A DNA stretch of 45,978 nucleotides from Candidatus Micrarchaeota archaeon (GTDB taxonomy: Archaea > Micrarchaeota > Micrarchaeia > Anstonellales > Bilamarchaeaceae), in contig JBDRIM010000061.1 of assembly GCA_043816005.1 (NCBI GenBank), forward strand, positions 1-45,978. Reading direction: 5' to 3'. This document shows, piece by piece, positions 45,352 to 45,978 of the stretch. The stretch's first letter is position 1. Each line of letters begins with the position of its first letter. The position numbers were made by a program, and so were the translations under genes. The notes below the pieces were generated by a model. The model worked only from the letters and a program-made list of their open reading frames with translations, did no database searches and had not been told where the DNA came from.

Positions 45352-45936
45352 TTAATGATGTTTTTTTGGTTGTTTTGTTGGTTTTTGTGCCACCAGAACA
45401 AGGTCATTCGGAGATGTCTTAGCACTTGGATAATGAACGAAAATAGATTTTCTACCGCTAAGCATAAACCACGTTGAGGATACTCTCACTGCGCTCCAAA
45501 AAAAGAAAAGGGGTAGAATACCAAAAATTAAAGAGAACCAATTGAAGATATCCGGAAGTGCAAGAAGATTTATTATTAGGAAATAGTTTGCAAAGACCAG
45601 GAAAAACAGTACGGATATAGTAAAATTACGGATGATGTGGCCTTTTTTGGCTGACGCAGTTGTCTGAGAAAAAACTACGGATAGTGCATCAAGAAGACGT
45701 TTTGTAGAAGAGAGAAGTCTATAACTAGGTAATATAAGTATCAAGGCAAGAAATAAAAACAACAGATGATCTGCCTGAATCTCAAAGTCGCTTAACAAAA
45801 TGCCAAATTGAAGGTATGAACGTGAAAACCAGAATATCAAAACAGAAGCAGTGATGTAAATAATATCCCACCTAACAGAGTATATTTCTGAAACGAATTT
45901 TGTATGGAAATAACCCCGAGGTTCGAACGCAGTCAT
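45352..45936 (-). CDS. Hypothetical membrane protein
   Basis: About four hydrophobic helices. Confidence 0.65.
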   Translation of the reverse strand: MTAFEPRGYFHTKFVSEIYSVRWDIIYITASVLIFWFSRSYLQFGILLSDFEIQADHLLFLFLALILILPSYRLLSSTKRLLDALSVVFSQTTASAKKGHIIRNFTISVLFFLVFANYFLIINLLALPDIFNWFSLIFGILPLFFFWSAVRVSSTWFMLSGRKSIFVHYPSAKTSPNDLVLVAQKPTKQPKKHH

Positions 45937-45978
45937 AACATTCCTAAAATATCCGGATGCATTCTTTAGGGTGTCAAG

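Noticed and set aside
1..45978. CRISPR array, cas genes, transposase, integrase or reverse transcriptase
   Set aside because: No regularly spaced repeat-spacer array and no such protein motifs were seen. The 315-bp repeats are coding.

Overview
AT-rich archaeal chromosome segment. The gene set and style suggest a DPANN archaeon, probably Micrarchaeota-like (inference, no phylogeny run). Housekeeping genes: thermosome, SRP54, RNase P RNA, NurA, dCTP deaminase, RpoK (missed by the ORF track), SerK-like kinase, NreA, FolC, PolB, Pus10, PyrE, GGGP synthase, geranylgeranyl reductase, PurD and tRNA-Gly. Accessory content: three adjacent ankyrin/membrane genes sharing an N-terminal RRGWPxxEPLR motif, an MNT-HEPN pair whose toxin has an in-frame stop, and a VirB4/CedB-like ATPase with membrane partners. 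Two LAGLIDADG inteins sit in Walker A loops, one in SRP54 and one in the VirB4-like ATPase. The most unusual signal is a family of short intergenic hairpins, three with TGAAC...GTTCA arms. These three lie between a gene terminus and a second, diverged copy of that terminus (cupin 3' end, SRP54 3' end, GGGPS 5' end), with two weaker cases elsewhere. Twin-hairpin inserts also occur inside the tRNA-Gly D-loop and the RNase P RNA. This suggests an element that spreads by replacing gene ends. All calls were made by eye from motifs; no database searches were run.
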